Part shown: in pieces, positions 24,613 through 37,904 of the stretch
Position numbering within the stretch: the first letter of the stretch is position 1
Layout of the letters: every line of letters starts with the position of its first letter
From: Paraphysomonas bandaiensis
Taxonomy: Eukaryota; Protista; Chrysophyceae
DNA: 64,000 bases
NCBI GenBank assembly: GCA_965644295.1
Contig: CBFFRP010000165.1
Location: 1-64,000 of the forward strand
Direction: 5' to 3'
Program-made: the position numbers and the translations under genes
Notes under the pieces: generated by a model
What the model was told of the DNA's origin: nothing
Databases searched by the model: none
The model's input: the letters and a program-made list of their open reading frames with translations, nothing else

Positions 24613-27600
24613 ATGCACCCACTCCTCAAACTCCTCCAGAGACAGCTCTACTCTTTTCTGGGCAGCTGGTTGGGTTGCTGTATAGTTATATGCGGGATAT
24701 TCGCTGTCGTTATCGTATCTATCAACTCATTCGCTGGAAATCACTATAAGTAAGTACATTATATATAGAAATACACTGTATTCATGTTTACAGACTCAGA
24801 GGCCCTCAAAGATACGAAACTGATATTGACTTCAGTGACAATATCGGCAATATAAACTTAGAGAGATATTTAGCTTATGGACCTATAGATGCGGTGTATT
24901 CATGGGTTAACGGATCAGATCCTGTGTGGGCTGCTAAGAAGTCATACTGGGCAGCGAGGAGGTTTACCACGAATATGTCCTCATCTTACAACCACACAAA
25001 TTCAGATGATACCATCTCACATAATAGATTTCGTGACAGTGAAGAATTAAGATATTCTCTTCGTTCTCTTGAGAAAAATGCACCATGGCTTCGTCATGTG
25101 TATATTGTCACTGACAACCAGATCCCGTATTGGCTGAATGTGGAGAATAAACGTATTCGAGTTATATCTCATGCTGATATATTTCCAAACAAAAGCGACC
25201 TTCCAGTATTTAGCTCCCCAGCAATAGAATCTCATTTACATAGAATACCTGGTCTGTCCAAGAAATTTATATATTTTAATGATGATGTATTTCTGGGTGC
25301 CCCTACTTTGCCGGAGGATTTCTACTCGCTATCAGGAGCGCAACGACTATATACCGCATGGGATGTACCTAAGTGTGCCCCGGGATGCAGCGATAGCTGG
25401 ATTGGAGATGGATACTGCGATAAAGCATGCAACGTCAGCGCATGCAACTTTGATTTTCCAGATTGTGTTAATGCCACGACCACTAGCAGTCGCGGTGCTC
25501 GAGGCAGTGCTATGAATAGTAATAATAAAGAGTCCTTCTTCTGCGCTGCTGGATGCCCCGACTCCTGGTTAGGAGACAAGGTGTGTGACGCCAAATGCAA
25601 AAGTGCACAGTGCGGATGGGACGCAGGAGATTGTGGTGTTGAGCTAGTTGTTGAAGACTTCGGTGGGACTACTCTACTGACTAGGGGTGGTTGGAATGTT
25701 AGTGTGCTTAAACAGCATGGCCATGAGTCCCTGCGGGTAGGAGACTGGTCTGGGACGCCAACTCTATCCTCTGAGGAAGAGTACATTCCAGTTGCAGCCA
25801 GCGTCCCATATGGCTCATATGCCGCTTATTTTAACCTTTCCTATTTTCCGTGTGAGGCGTTGTCTTTCCACTCACAGCCTGTTGCTGGTTTTAACTCGGC
25901 CCGTTACAGCTATTCGGCAGCATTCTCTCCAACATGTGATGAAAGTAACATAGTATCCCCTTTCGGACCTTTAGGCGGAGGATCGGCATATGCTCGCACC
26001 AGAAGTAGCGAGGTTCCAAAGTGGACGAATTTCAGCTATGTTTCCGTGGAATATAGTGTTGCCTTCTCTGGTTTGCACAACGCTACTAGTTCTGGAAGTA
26101 ATGGTTCGAATACTGACCCACCTCCTCTGGTTTCTTATTCCGCCTTGTTGTTGAAGCACAACATGCTCATTGTTTTGCTTCGGGGACACGACAGTGAGTT
26201 TGCTCCGTTAGATTCCCTGTCTCCCCCTACTCAACCAGTGGATATTCGGTTTACTGTGAAGGGGTACAATGTTCTCACGGGAATAAATGTAACGGCCCTC
26301 TTTGCGTTGCGAATCACCCCTCCAGAGCCACCGAAACCTGATCTTTCTATCCCAAAAGGCATGAAAGCCATCGAAGGGTACACAGCATCATGCATCGACA
26401 TGCAAGCCGCTGAAGATAATAGTGCTGCAGGAATAGTTTACGTCGATAAAACTGCACACTTGAAGCAACCATTCCGTGTGAAAGCTGTGCGCCGTGATTC
26501 GCGCCTCTTTTCAAATGACTCTGCTCATTGGAATCAAGGGATTGTGTTGTCAGTGGCTGCCTTGCCGTTATCTTACTCAATGTTTAGTATGAATATATCA
26601 CAAGTGCGTGCACTTTCCACTGTAACTTTGCTCAATGGAACACGATTGGTTCATGAAGCTCCGCTGTGCGAGGTACTCGCCAAAGTTGACCACTCAACAA
26701 ATGGAAGAGTGGTGCACCGAACACACCTCAAGGAACGCCACGTATGTGACCCTTCTGTAAAGTTTGGGGAAGTAATGAACCCTTCTGGCCAGCAGCTTCT
26801 TGATGACAAAAACGAACCTGTTCTTATACTGTTACATGTTCCAATCCAGTGGCACTTAGCTCCGACGAATGACAGCGGGGTCGGCCACTACCTTTACGCT
26901 AAGTTAGAACTTTTTGCGGATGATAGTGATAGTCTTAATTCTGACCAAGCAACTAGAGATAGGGTGATGTGTGTTGGAGGGCTGTACAGATGGGGAGAGA
27001 ATCGCGCCTTGCAGACAAGGAATATCTCACTTATTCATTCGAATAATACTGTCGCTTTGAATGTCTCAAATGAAACTAGTAGCATAAACGCAACGAATGA
27101 TGTTACCTCTAAGAAAAATGAAACAAAGAAAATAGGTGATAGTGTTACTGATGAACCTCCCAAAGTGGATACTTACGCGTCCTCTTTGCGTCATGTGAAT
27201 CAGTTGTATCACGAGGTGCGAGTGTTTTTTACAGTCAATACGATATCTAACACGTTGAATGCAGGCATTCGGTGCGGAAAATAGAAAAGTACCTGCACAT
27301 ATGCCCCACATGATAGACAAGTAGGTAACAACGTTGCAAAAGTAGCTTGGTTATTGTGTTGTGTAGAGATGTTATGGAAGAGATGCAACAACGGTGGAAG
27401 GACGAGTGGGTTAAGACCTCCAAGCATCGCTTCAGGTAGAACTGTATTGTGCTCATTCTGATCTTACCTCATCGTATATTGTCTAGGTCTCCGACTGATA
27501 TGCAGTATGCCTTTGCATACTACTATTATGTCATCAATCGTAATAAAGCAATGTGAGTATTAGAGTTGTGTACTATTTTTAATTTCACTTGGAAACGGGA

Positions 27601-29512
27601 TGTAGTCTACCTGATATACTTCGTTTCATATCCATTGAAGTGGACACAGATGGTGATGGCTTTTTGAGCGAAAATGAACTTCTGACTTTAGCGTCCATGG
27701 TCTACCGGCGGTCACCGACAGGTTGGTATTGTTACAGGTCTCACTGCACAGTTATATTAATCCAATGCCATCAGAAAACGATTTTGAGGAGTTAAGGAAT
27801 TGCACTTTTGCAAACTACACATCTACACATGACGACACAGCTCTTGGTGCCAATGACAATCGAGGTGGAGTTATGAGTAATGAAACTATGAAAGATGTAG
27901 CCACTATACACTCGCGAAAAAGTGAGGAGTATGGAGTATATGATATTACTTACACGTTGCGTCGAGCTCCAGCAATTGAAGTTAGTGTATGTTTTGCTAA
28001 TAAATAATTCGCTAAGTGTTGTTGTGAAGGGCGTTGCAAACTGTTCGATTGTACGGGAAGGATTGCTGAAGCACATAAATTGGCCAGCCACGCATCACTT
28101 AGAATCAGATAAAGAAGTAGCATTTGAGATGATTGGTGACAACATCACTGCCACCATGCATCAGGTATACGCTTGATACATACCCAACATCTCTCTCTCA
28201 CTTTTTATAGTTGAATTCCATTCGTCATAGGAAGACGAAATTTGTCTGTGTTAACGACCAGATGAATGATCCTTCTCCGGAACTTCAAAATGCCCTTAGG
28301 GACTTCTTCCTTGCTTTTTTCCCGTTCCCTTCTCAGTTCGAATTGAAGGATGGTCGAATGAACCCAACACTGTATTATGATGAGTATGTAAAACTGCATT
28401 CTCCAAAGTCTAGTGTTTCCAACCGCGCTAGATATGACTACTACATTATGCGTGACTTATTAGTTGATATGGCACATCAATCTGTGAAAGTTGTCCGAGA
28501 GAGTGTACGATATGTGCATGAATGGTTCGAGGGTGATGCCCACCCGAAAACTGCTCTGAAGCACTGGGCCACAGGAGCACCACCACCCCCGCCGGGAGGG
28601 CTTCGCGTTTTTATCCCGTATTGGGTTCTTTGTTGCAGTCTGGTTGGGTTGGGTGGACTGTGGTGCGTTCGCCGATCTGTGCGGACTCGACGTCGCTCCG
28701 TTATAGAAAAGACCCAGCAGCATATACATCAACAGCGCGAAGACCCATGTCAAGTAGAATCGACTGTGAATTTGACAGACTCGCCGACAACTCGACTAAA
28801 GAGTGCGAGTGATGCAGATATTCCTTTAGTGAAAAGTGCTGCGATTGATTTTGATCGCCGGAGGTATTACCAGAGCCGCACAAGTAGTGCTGAAAACGAT
28901 GCTATGGATACAACCGGTGACAACGTGGGAGAGGAGGAGAGAAGAGGAGACCTACTGAACCAGCTGTGGAGGACTGCAGGATATGGTAGTACAGCTGGTA
29001 ATTATTTACCACCTTTATGATGTTAGACGTTTAATGTTTGAACTGAATAGCTTCGAGTGGAAGAAAGAGTCCTTTGCTTGCAAAGCATCTGAAGGAACAC
29101 AATAGCAGTGATGATGTGCCTGCTAGTGACCCCACCAAGAATTCAAATAGACAACAGTATTATCCCGATGACGATGATACCTATAGTATTAGTACACTAG
29201 GAATGGAAGGGTGGGAGGCGGAATTGAAGCCAACCGAAGAAGGAAGGGCCTACTCCAGTGATCGCATTACACAAACAACTAGGTGACATCAATGCGTTTG
29301 ATATCAGCTATACTTCGTAATCCATTCTGTACAGAAAAAAGAAAACTGTTCGTTGGGGTGGTGTCAGCACTGTTGGTGGAAAGAACGATAGCGTATCCAA
29401 GATGTTTAGAGGATTCAAAGATATAATGGTGAGAATTGTAGTACTTTATGCCAATATTAATGCTCTGCTCATTCTAATTTCACAGAATGAAAGTCTAAAG
29501 AAAAACTCTTAG
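24613..29512 (+). CDS. GNPTAB: GlcNAc-1-phosphotransferase alpha/beta precursor-like Stealth protein; multi-exon
   Basis: N-terminus MHPLLKLLQRQ + TM; CR1 IDAVYSWVNGSDP; CR2 RFRDSEELRYSLRS...SSPAIESHLHRIPGLSKKFIYFNDD; two Notch/LNR repeats; DTYASSLRHVN; CR3 RKVPAHMPHMID; EF-hand DTDGDGFLSENE; CR4 KFVCVND..FPFPSQFE; C-terminal TM and long tail (3' exons less certain). Confidence 0.9.
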
Positions 29513-29979
29513 AGGTATGAAGACGGGTAAAAATGCTTTCTATTCCATTGCTTATATCTTAGTAAGTACCATATATAGTATATATTTCTTCTTATGATAT
29601 TGCAATAACTAATTCAGCTTTGGGTTATAAATACTGTATTGCTACTACAGGTAGTTCTTTTAAATACGCTTTAGCCAGAAAGATTATGGCATAAATAATT
29701 AAAACGATAAAACTATGCACACTCTCAAACTCATTTTGGTGTCATTTAATTCCCCACTGTAACCTTTCACTTTAATAATACAATGAAAAATTACTTGCGA
29801 GTACTTGATCTTGTACGTTAGATGACTAGAAGAGGATAGTACACACGTACACACCACATGCAATACTCAAGTTATTGCGTGTAGAAATGTATAGACCAAT
29901 AATTATAGTCATTCGTTCAGACAAATATACAGCACTGTTACTATTGCAACGCTTTATATATATGATGATACTTCTACAT

Positions 29980-31527
29980 CTAACTAGAGGAGAACGCCCA
30001 ATTCTGAAATTCTTCTGATTCAAAAAATGCTGTGCGATTATGGGCCATTCCCTTAATAATAGAATACGATACAAAGTGTCCCGTACTTGTATTCATAATC
30101 GAGTTGAGGTACTCCATGTATAGCATTCCTCGTTGTAAACGGTTGTTTCCCTGCAAGCCTGATTCGCAGGAATTAGACAAGAGATTATTCCTCGAATCAG
30201 GGTGTGTGTCGCAACACATATTTCCATTCATACTTGGAGTGCACTCACTACCGTAGACTGGAAAGCACTCTGCGTCATTCTTGTATCCCAATGCATTACA
30301 GTTACACATGTCTTTATCACCTATCACGAGTAATATAAATATATTACACATTCCACGAATACGAGCAGCGTACCTAACAAATATCTGACATCTTTTCTCA
30401 AAAAGTTTTCGGTATTAACAGCCACTGCCTGATTAGAAATTGATATTCACAACTTGTAGATTTATTATTGATGCACACGTACCGTGCGATTGTTGACAAA
30501 AGGAGCGAGGTAGGCATACCCCGACGAAGGGAATATCGATGTACCATATTTCCATGAGTTATAGCCGGGACACTCTTGGGTCTCGTTTAGTGCTGGAGCG
30601 CGATAGTTGCTACATACGGCGTCTGTATCCACACCCATATTTATAAATGGTCGGCAAGTGACGTCCGGCCTATGCTCAGAAAGGTAAAGATATGAAGACG
30701 GGTCACTCACAATAAATCGCACTCGGCCAAAACTATTGTCCGTAAGACCAATTGATGACGCCCATGCATATCGTTGCACCATTTGTGCACCTGCAGAGAA
30801 TCCAGAGACAGCAACGGATGAAAGAGAAGGGAATTGAGTGGTGTTCAATAGCAAAGACACTAGAGAATCTAAAATGTCAAATGATGAAATATACTTTGCT
30901 GGATGAGGAGAGTTATTTGCACCTTTATAACATATGAATTAATGTAAACTGTTGACACGTTAAATGTGAAAGAACCTTTCATCCAATTCGATGTGCTCCA
31001 ATAAACAGACACCGTGTCTGGATCTGTGTTGTTTCCCCATTCTTCACTTGTCAGTTGTGATTGTGCGAACAGAGGAGAGATAATAAGAGTATCATCACGT
31101 GGATATGTCGCTTTCATTGTCGAACAGAAGTATTCATCTGTGTGGACACCATCAGCACATGTATACATGACGGCTATAAACTACCGGCTCCTCTAGAGTA
31201 TCCATGCACAGATATTACTGCAGATCGTATCTTCGGCTGCACTGTCTGTAAATTATGAGATACATATAATGGTATGAAGACACCGCTGTAGGGAGCCGGA
31301 GAGACGCCGTAGGGGGAGGATACAGCGTAACTGTAGCGGTACTCCGGCGCTGTACAGTTAAAAGTTATATGTCTGAAGCTACTCAATACATTCGAAGTAA
31401 TCACACTGATAGAGCTATCAGTTACAGTATCTGATAGTTTGATGTGGAAGATAACTGACAACAGCCATAGCAGAGATATAGTGGTGATCCATGGCACTAA
31501 TGGGGGCAATGTTGCCCCCTCTGACAT
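29980..31527 (-). CDS. Membrane-anchored/secreted alpha/beta hydrolase; multi-exon
   Basis: N-terminal TM; AVISVHG; IISPLF; nucleophile elbow GFSAGAQMVQRYA; SDPSSYLYL; QGNNRLQRG; GMAH (catalytic His candidate). Confidence 0.8.
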
Positions 31528-32247
31528 GGGGGAGATGATAGGGAGTTACTTGAGTGCTGTTGGATGCATTGTGCGGTCTAGTTATAGCATTGTGTTGTAA
31601 TATACTGCACTGTGTATGCATGCATTAAGAGAACACCACTTGAGCATATACATGTACATACATACAGTATCTAGAGTTAGAATTTTCATGATTTTGGGAT
31701 AGAAAAGCCTGAAATTATTCCGGATATCCCCAATTTCAAGGATCAATAAACCCAAAAGCTTTAGAAAAGTGTAGATGAGGTTTGGACAATCCGGTCAACA
31801 TGTTATGAACCAATCAGTTCCTAATATCACTATATTATTGGTGAATTACATATCCGGTTCCCGACATATATCCGGGATACGGGTAGTGGAGAGTATGTGG
31901 ATGGTGTGGTCTAGCTATATGTATGGCATTGTACGTATAGTATGTACTGCTGTGTATGTATGTATATGTATATTACATATAAGAGTATACGTACATAATT
32001 TTGCTATGGATTTGCACGCACTTGTATGATATTATCATTAAACAGTCACCTACCACCGACACACTCAACTAAACCAAACCAATGAATGATTCTCTTATTC
32101 CACTCTCATAACCACTCCTCCATCTCTCAACACTCTCTCTGATAGTGTCCCTATCATATATATACATATATATATATATGAGCTGTGGCTATATGAGCAT
32201 TACATAAAGATCACACCCCTCACACCCCTCTATCAACACACTCAAAT

Positions 32248-35200
32248 ATGAATAATGAAGTTGATAACGATAAGATCGAACAACTCCGTCAAAGATACAG
32301 ACGAGAGGCTCAGATCGCTGTAGATGACGCGAGAAACGCAGCCAGGGAAGAGACGACTAAAAAATATGAACATAAAATTAAAAATCTTGAAGATGAAGTA
32401 CGTCAATGGAAAGCAATTGTTGAAGCATTATCATCAGAGGAATCAGATGAGACGGATGATAATAGCAGTAAACACGTGTCTCTTGTCCGGTACATTATGG
32501 AACAGGTGAGTGTTTACCTTATCGTTAAGTGTGATCAGTTACGTTCATTTAGATATACCGGGAATTCAAAAGAGAATACTCCGATGGATCGGTGACATCT
32601 CAGGCTGTCACTACGCACATTAAAGTAAAATTTGAAATTATTTTTTCAGCGAAGCCTTATGTACTTTTTTCTTTCACAGAAATCGCTCATATCAACAACA
32701 GAGAAGCTATTGGAAAAGTTACCAAATCTAGTGCTGAAACTTGAAGTTCCCAGTAATAAATCTAAGAAAAAAGAAATGTCAAGTACATTTGGTATACATC
32801 GTCCGCCCTGTCTGCAGATAGTAGGAGGGAGGCCTCTAGCACTTGTACCATATGTGATGCTGACAATAGATGAACGACCATCCACTGGCGTATTCAACAA
32901 GGCCTATGTTGCTTACTGCATACAGACAAAAGTTTATGTCCCTGATGATGTGAATAATGCACGGCATCCATGCCCCCAGAAGCGATTTTTTGAATACCAG
33001 CAGTTCAGAAGGTATAGCGACTTTCTCACATTTCAATATCAGTTGCAACGCCTCTTTCCACGTTGCATTATCCCTCCTCTGCCTCCAAAAACCCCTGGGC
33101 CAAGGAATGACAAGATCAAAGGTGAGAAGCATACCGAAGCTCGACGGAGGCATTTGATCCTCTGGTTGCAATATGTACTGCTGCATAGTGGATTACAGCG
33201 TAGCCCTGTCACTCGCTCTTTTGTGACGACGGCTTCGTCCAACACATCGTCCTGGGAGGTGGATCCGCAACCAGATGGTGCATCGCATGGAGATGTAGAG
33301 AAGTCTGAAGCAACTAACGAGCAAGTAGGTGGGGAGGAGGAAGTTTTGTACGAAGGTGATTTCAAGAATAGTTCTCCCGGGAACCGCGCGAGCCTCCCGC
33401 CGGACACACTTTCGGAGCATGCGCGATACAAATGTCAACAGGAGATGCACAGTGTGACCAGGTCATACTCATCGATGCGTAGGTGAATAGTTGTGTGAAG
33501 AAGTGTTATGTAGTCGTGAACCTTTGATATCGTGTGGTGACTTTTTAATGTCATAGAGATTACAATCAGCTGAAGCCTAATATCCGGTCTGGTGTTGACG
33601 CCTGTAGAGCCCTTCTAGATGCGATGCGGGAAGTCGGACGTGCACACATTAAGTTTTCATCCTCTCTGTCCTCTCTGGCGGATGTAGAGGATGGGGAAGT
33701 TGAGAAAGCTGCTGCAACTGAGGTGCAACTCTGTACGGACCGATCCCTCTCTTTATTACATGGTGTGGTGTTTTCAATGTGTACTCATGTGCTAGAGCCG
33801 ATGCAATTCCTCGAAGTGGATTCAATGGCTGTCTCAAGCAATGTGATGCATACAGTGCATAAGACGAGCACAAAGAACTCCCGAAATTTCATAGATGCGC
33901 ATGCAGATCTGGTCAGGGAGTGGGGCATGTACCGCTCCATCCGTCATGACATGCTCACACGGTCACTGTTGAGTATGGCGCATAGTGCTCACGCAGAGGT
34001 ACGTCGACATTTTCAGTGTCTGTTATCTTTTTATGATTGCGTACAGTATGGTCGAATAGCCAGGCACTGGAGTGTTACGGCGACAGAAATTGAATCTCTT
34101 AACACCGCACATGCGTCGAGATCCAATGCAGTTAGTCGAGGTTGGAGCGGCCTGATGGAGAGAGAGCGCAAGGAGATGGCTGATGTCGTGCAGTCATTGA
34201 ATGATGCGTAAGTATTATCCAACCACGTATTGTGTACGCAATAATATTTTGTGGTACAGTCATGAAAAGAGGAAAGTGATGCAAGGTTCATTTTCATCGG
34301 CAGGTTTTCCGAATCATGCGTCTCAGCGCACTGATTCGGCTTCCAGAGAATCTCCAGAACTGCGACACACTGTGGCCTCCCGGCCTGTGATACCATCCGG
34401 CACGAGGCGAGATCCTACTGAAAGAGTGTTTTACCCTGTTGGGGGAGACTCCAATATTAGTCCAAGAGAAAGTTCCAGGGAGGTACATACCGAAGAATAC
34501 TCACAAGCTCAGGAGAGTCACTCCGAGCCTCATGATTCCCCTGCTGGATTCCCACAGGAGGAACCTGCGACTCCTCCGTCATCGAAGAAAAGTGGATGGA
34601 CAAGTTATTTCTGGCGGTCATCTTCCAAGAAGGGGCATGAGAAAGGGGCAGTTGGCACTTCCTCTGCCAATAAGGCACAAAGTCCCTCTGCTAGCACTGT
34701 GTCGCCATCCACCAACGCTGCTCCTGTATCCTTTTTATCGGACCGAGTGGAAACTGGGAAGGGCGATGATGAAGACGATGAAGAAAGCTTGGAAGACACA
34801 CCCATGAACAGAGCATATATGGAGCGACGTGAGAGAGAGCGCCGGCAGGCGGAGGAGAGGCAGCATAATGGTCTTAATTCCGCAGGAGGTTTAGGCGCTG
34901 GAGAGGAGAGACCGGAGGACATCCTCACTGGCGGTGATAAGCGAAACACCAGGCGGAGGGTGAAAGCAACCGTCACTGCCACGAGTGGAAGTACACAACG
35001 GAGGCCTAAGCACATTCCTTCGAAGGCATACTCAGGTACAAGTGCTTCGTCTACTCCTCGCAGTCAGGACGAGGTAATAAAGCCAGTGGTGGTGCCCCAA
35101 ATGCCTAAGCAACCTGCGCCATCCTCAGAAGGGTCTGGCAGGTGGTCACCCCCGCCATCCCGATCGCCGGCCCATCCTGTTTCTGGTAGAAAGGCCTATT

Positions 35201-36276
35201 CCATGCACTCAGAGGAAGCACTCAGAAGAAGTATGGTACCACCTGAATCAGAGTCACCTACGCAAACAAGAAAATCGAGTAGTTCAGCCGCCCAATATTC
35301 ATCTCCTTCTCCGGTTTTCATACCTCCTTCACAAACTCAGCCCCACGTGCAACCAGATGATATACCACCTAGTCCCTTAAGTCAATCGGCACCAGCGCAG
35401 TCTTTTGTGCCGTCTCGAACCCGTGCACAGTCCGATGCCGTGCCGGCTACCGGCCAGGCCGAGGCTTCTCGTCTCAGCCCACTGCCCGCTGGGTGGGAAG
35501 AGGTGAGAACTTGATGGTTTGGGATATTCAAAGAATGTGCACCTCATAGCTTTTATAGGTGCACACGGACGATGGAGGGACGTACTATTACCACCGCGTG
35601 ACAAGAATATCTAGGTGAGGTGACAGTGACTTTGTATTTGTCCATTACTGTCTTCTGTGTAGGTGGGAGAAACCTAGTGCAGAAGTAGCCGCTGCCGTTG
35701 AAAGTCGAATCAGTAGCTCACAAAAAAATATTGATGAGGCTGTTGAGGTATAGTTTGTTCTCTCTGGTCAACTTATTTGATGGAAGTGCAGAAAAAGCGA
35801 CGCGAGAGAGAAAAGCAGAGAGCATTAGAGGAACAAAGGTCAATTGCGGCCGAACAGCTGCATGGCACAGTGAAACAATATATCGTTACCTGGAAAACAA
35901 ACCCAACGAATGGCAAAGAGAAGCACATAGGAGAGCTTCTGACATCACTTCCTGGTTTATTGGGACCAGATGTGTGTCCACCAGGCACAGTAGGTTCTGC
36001 GCCTTTAGGGCTTATGTCGACACCAGTTGAGGTATATTAAACACTGTACAATGAAATTCCTTACTGGGCTATGTAGATAAAGAAAGCGTATATGAAAGCA
36101 GTTCGAGTGATTCATCCGGATAAACTTAGTGGTACGCTATTTAAGAACAATGTATTACGAGTTCTAAGTTCTACTGTGCAGCTACAATTGAATTGGAAAA
36201 ACGGCTTCTGGCGGAGGAAGCGTTTATATGCTTGAATCAAGTGTATGATGTGTATAGAAAAGCCCATGGGATTTGA
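32248..36276 (+). CDS. Coiled-coil + PX domain + helical (BAR-like) region + low-complexity linker + WW + auxilin-like J domain; multi-exon
   Basis: PX: YVAYCI..FRRYSDFLTFQYQLQRLFPRCIIPPLPPK..EARRRHL..WLQYVLLH; WW spliced: LPAGWEEVHTDDGGTYYYHRVTRISRWEKP; J domain: IKKAYMKAVRVIHPDKL..AEEAFICLNQVYD. Confidence 0.8.
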
Positions 36277-37239
36277 TGTCGTCATATGTGGTAGTATAGC
36301 AGGAATAGTATGTTATTAGTGCGTGAAGTAGGCGTAATGTTCGTGTATATGCAAGGCACCTATATTTACCTCCTGGGAATCGTGGAGTTGTCGCTCATAG
36401 AATGTTTTCTTATAGAATAAAAGCTTATATCAACAAAATATTACCCTTTTGTAATTGGATATTATTTAGTAATGACTGGTTAAACTTTCAGTAGTCAGGG
36501 CAATTAACTGTTCTAATAATTCACTTATCCCCATTCTCTCAAAAAAATCTTTTTTTGACCTGTTTACCTGTTTGTCTCAACAGGGCGCTCATTTCAGCAC
36601 CGGGCAAATAGAGACATTCAACTTCAACATTTGGTTCAACAGAAGCTCACTTCTATCCTAATTATGATAATGACAGTCATATGTACGTGATTTCATTATA
36701 TTACACAATTATAGAGAAACCACAATCATGAGTTATATCATTAGACACTTCATGTTATATTCCATACTTCGACTGCTGTATAAGATCACAGTAGTGTGAT
36801 GGGGCACACCGTTTGGCGGTGTAGAATATGAACAGTCCAATATGTATATGGTATCTTCTGAAATTGCCTCATCTCTTGACAATCACGACGACTACAAACA
36901 ATTGTCGCCCTATCTTCTGTATACCTGTGGTTTAAAGCAGGTTTATAGAAGCAATGACTATAATATGACTATGTATGATAGCGCCTCTACACTATCATCT
37001 ATTATATGCTACCTATAATATGTGCCTACCGGTCATTTTGTAGTTTGATAACTATTCAGTCATTTGTTTATTATTATTGTATTCAAGTGTATAATATATA
37101 TATTGAGGTATAAGTGAATGTTGTGAATCTTAATATTGAGTCTTGTATGCAACACTCGGTTTTGAAGCCTAAGATCACTGAAAAGATGATGCGCTTGTTT
37201 ATCGAAACAAGAAAACAGAATAACATCAAACTTCTTATA

Positions 37240-37510
37240 TATCAAAGTTTGACATAATATGAGAAGTATTAACTTAACAACAGAAGGTAACTTATACTCA
37301 ATGCTGAGAATTATAAATTATAATCAATATCTCTTATCATTCATCAATTTCATGTTGTCTCTACTACCACTCATTTCTCGTACGACGATCTTACTTCGTC
37401 ACTACAACTTGCATCGTCACTATATTCCGTTTTACCACTATATACTTATCGTCATTCATTCTCACAGTACGATTAACAAGACTACAACTGAATACTACTG
37501 TAATTTAAAT
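37240..37510. repeat. Degenerate AT-rich dispersed repeat; related copies at ~48410-48710 (inverted) and probably ~57340-57510
   Basis: ATATCAAAGTTTGACAT...AATTATAATCAATATCTCTTATCATT...CTACCA..ACGATCTTA aligns by eye to the reverse complement of 48520-48710. Confidence 0.55.
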
Positions 37511-37904
37511 ACCTTATAACTACAGCTTTCAATTACTTTCATATAGCAGAACTCAACATTATAAACAGCCAGATATACAAGCTACCAAGTATCCTACAAC
37601 CTAAGCAGAATGTTGATATACATGACATATATGTGTATATTATTAAGTAAAGGCATGTTTGCTAATTTAGTACTCAGGATATTTAACTATTGAACAGTCA
37701 CTCAATTGTTGGATTTGCATTGAAGACCTGTATGCGGAATGAATATGAAAAAAAAAATATTTTAATTTAATTTTTGTCGTCGTATGGTGTAAGGTGTGTG
37801 TCAAAAATTTATTCCATCTGGACCAAATACCACATCATATACAAATATTTCGACATACTTTACTGTATCATTCAGTAACAGTAAACTAGAGCAAATTTAC
37901 CGAT

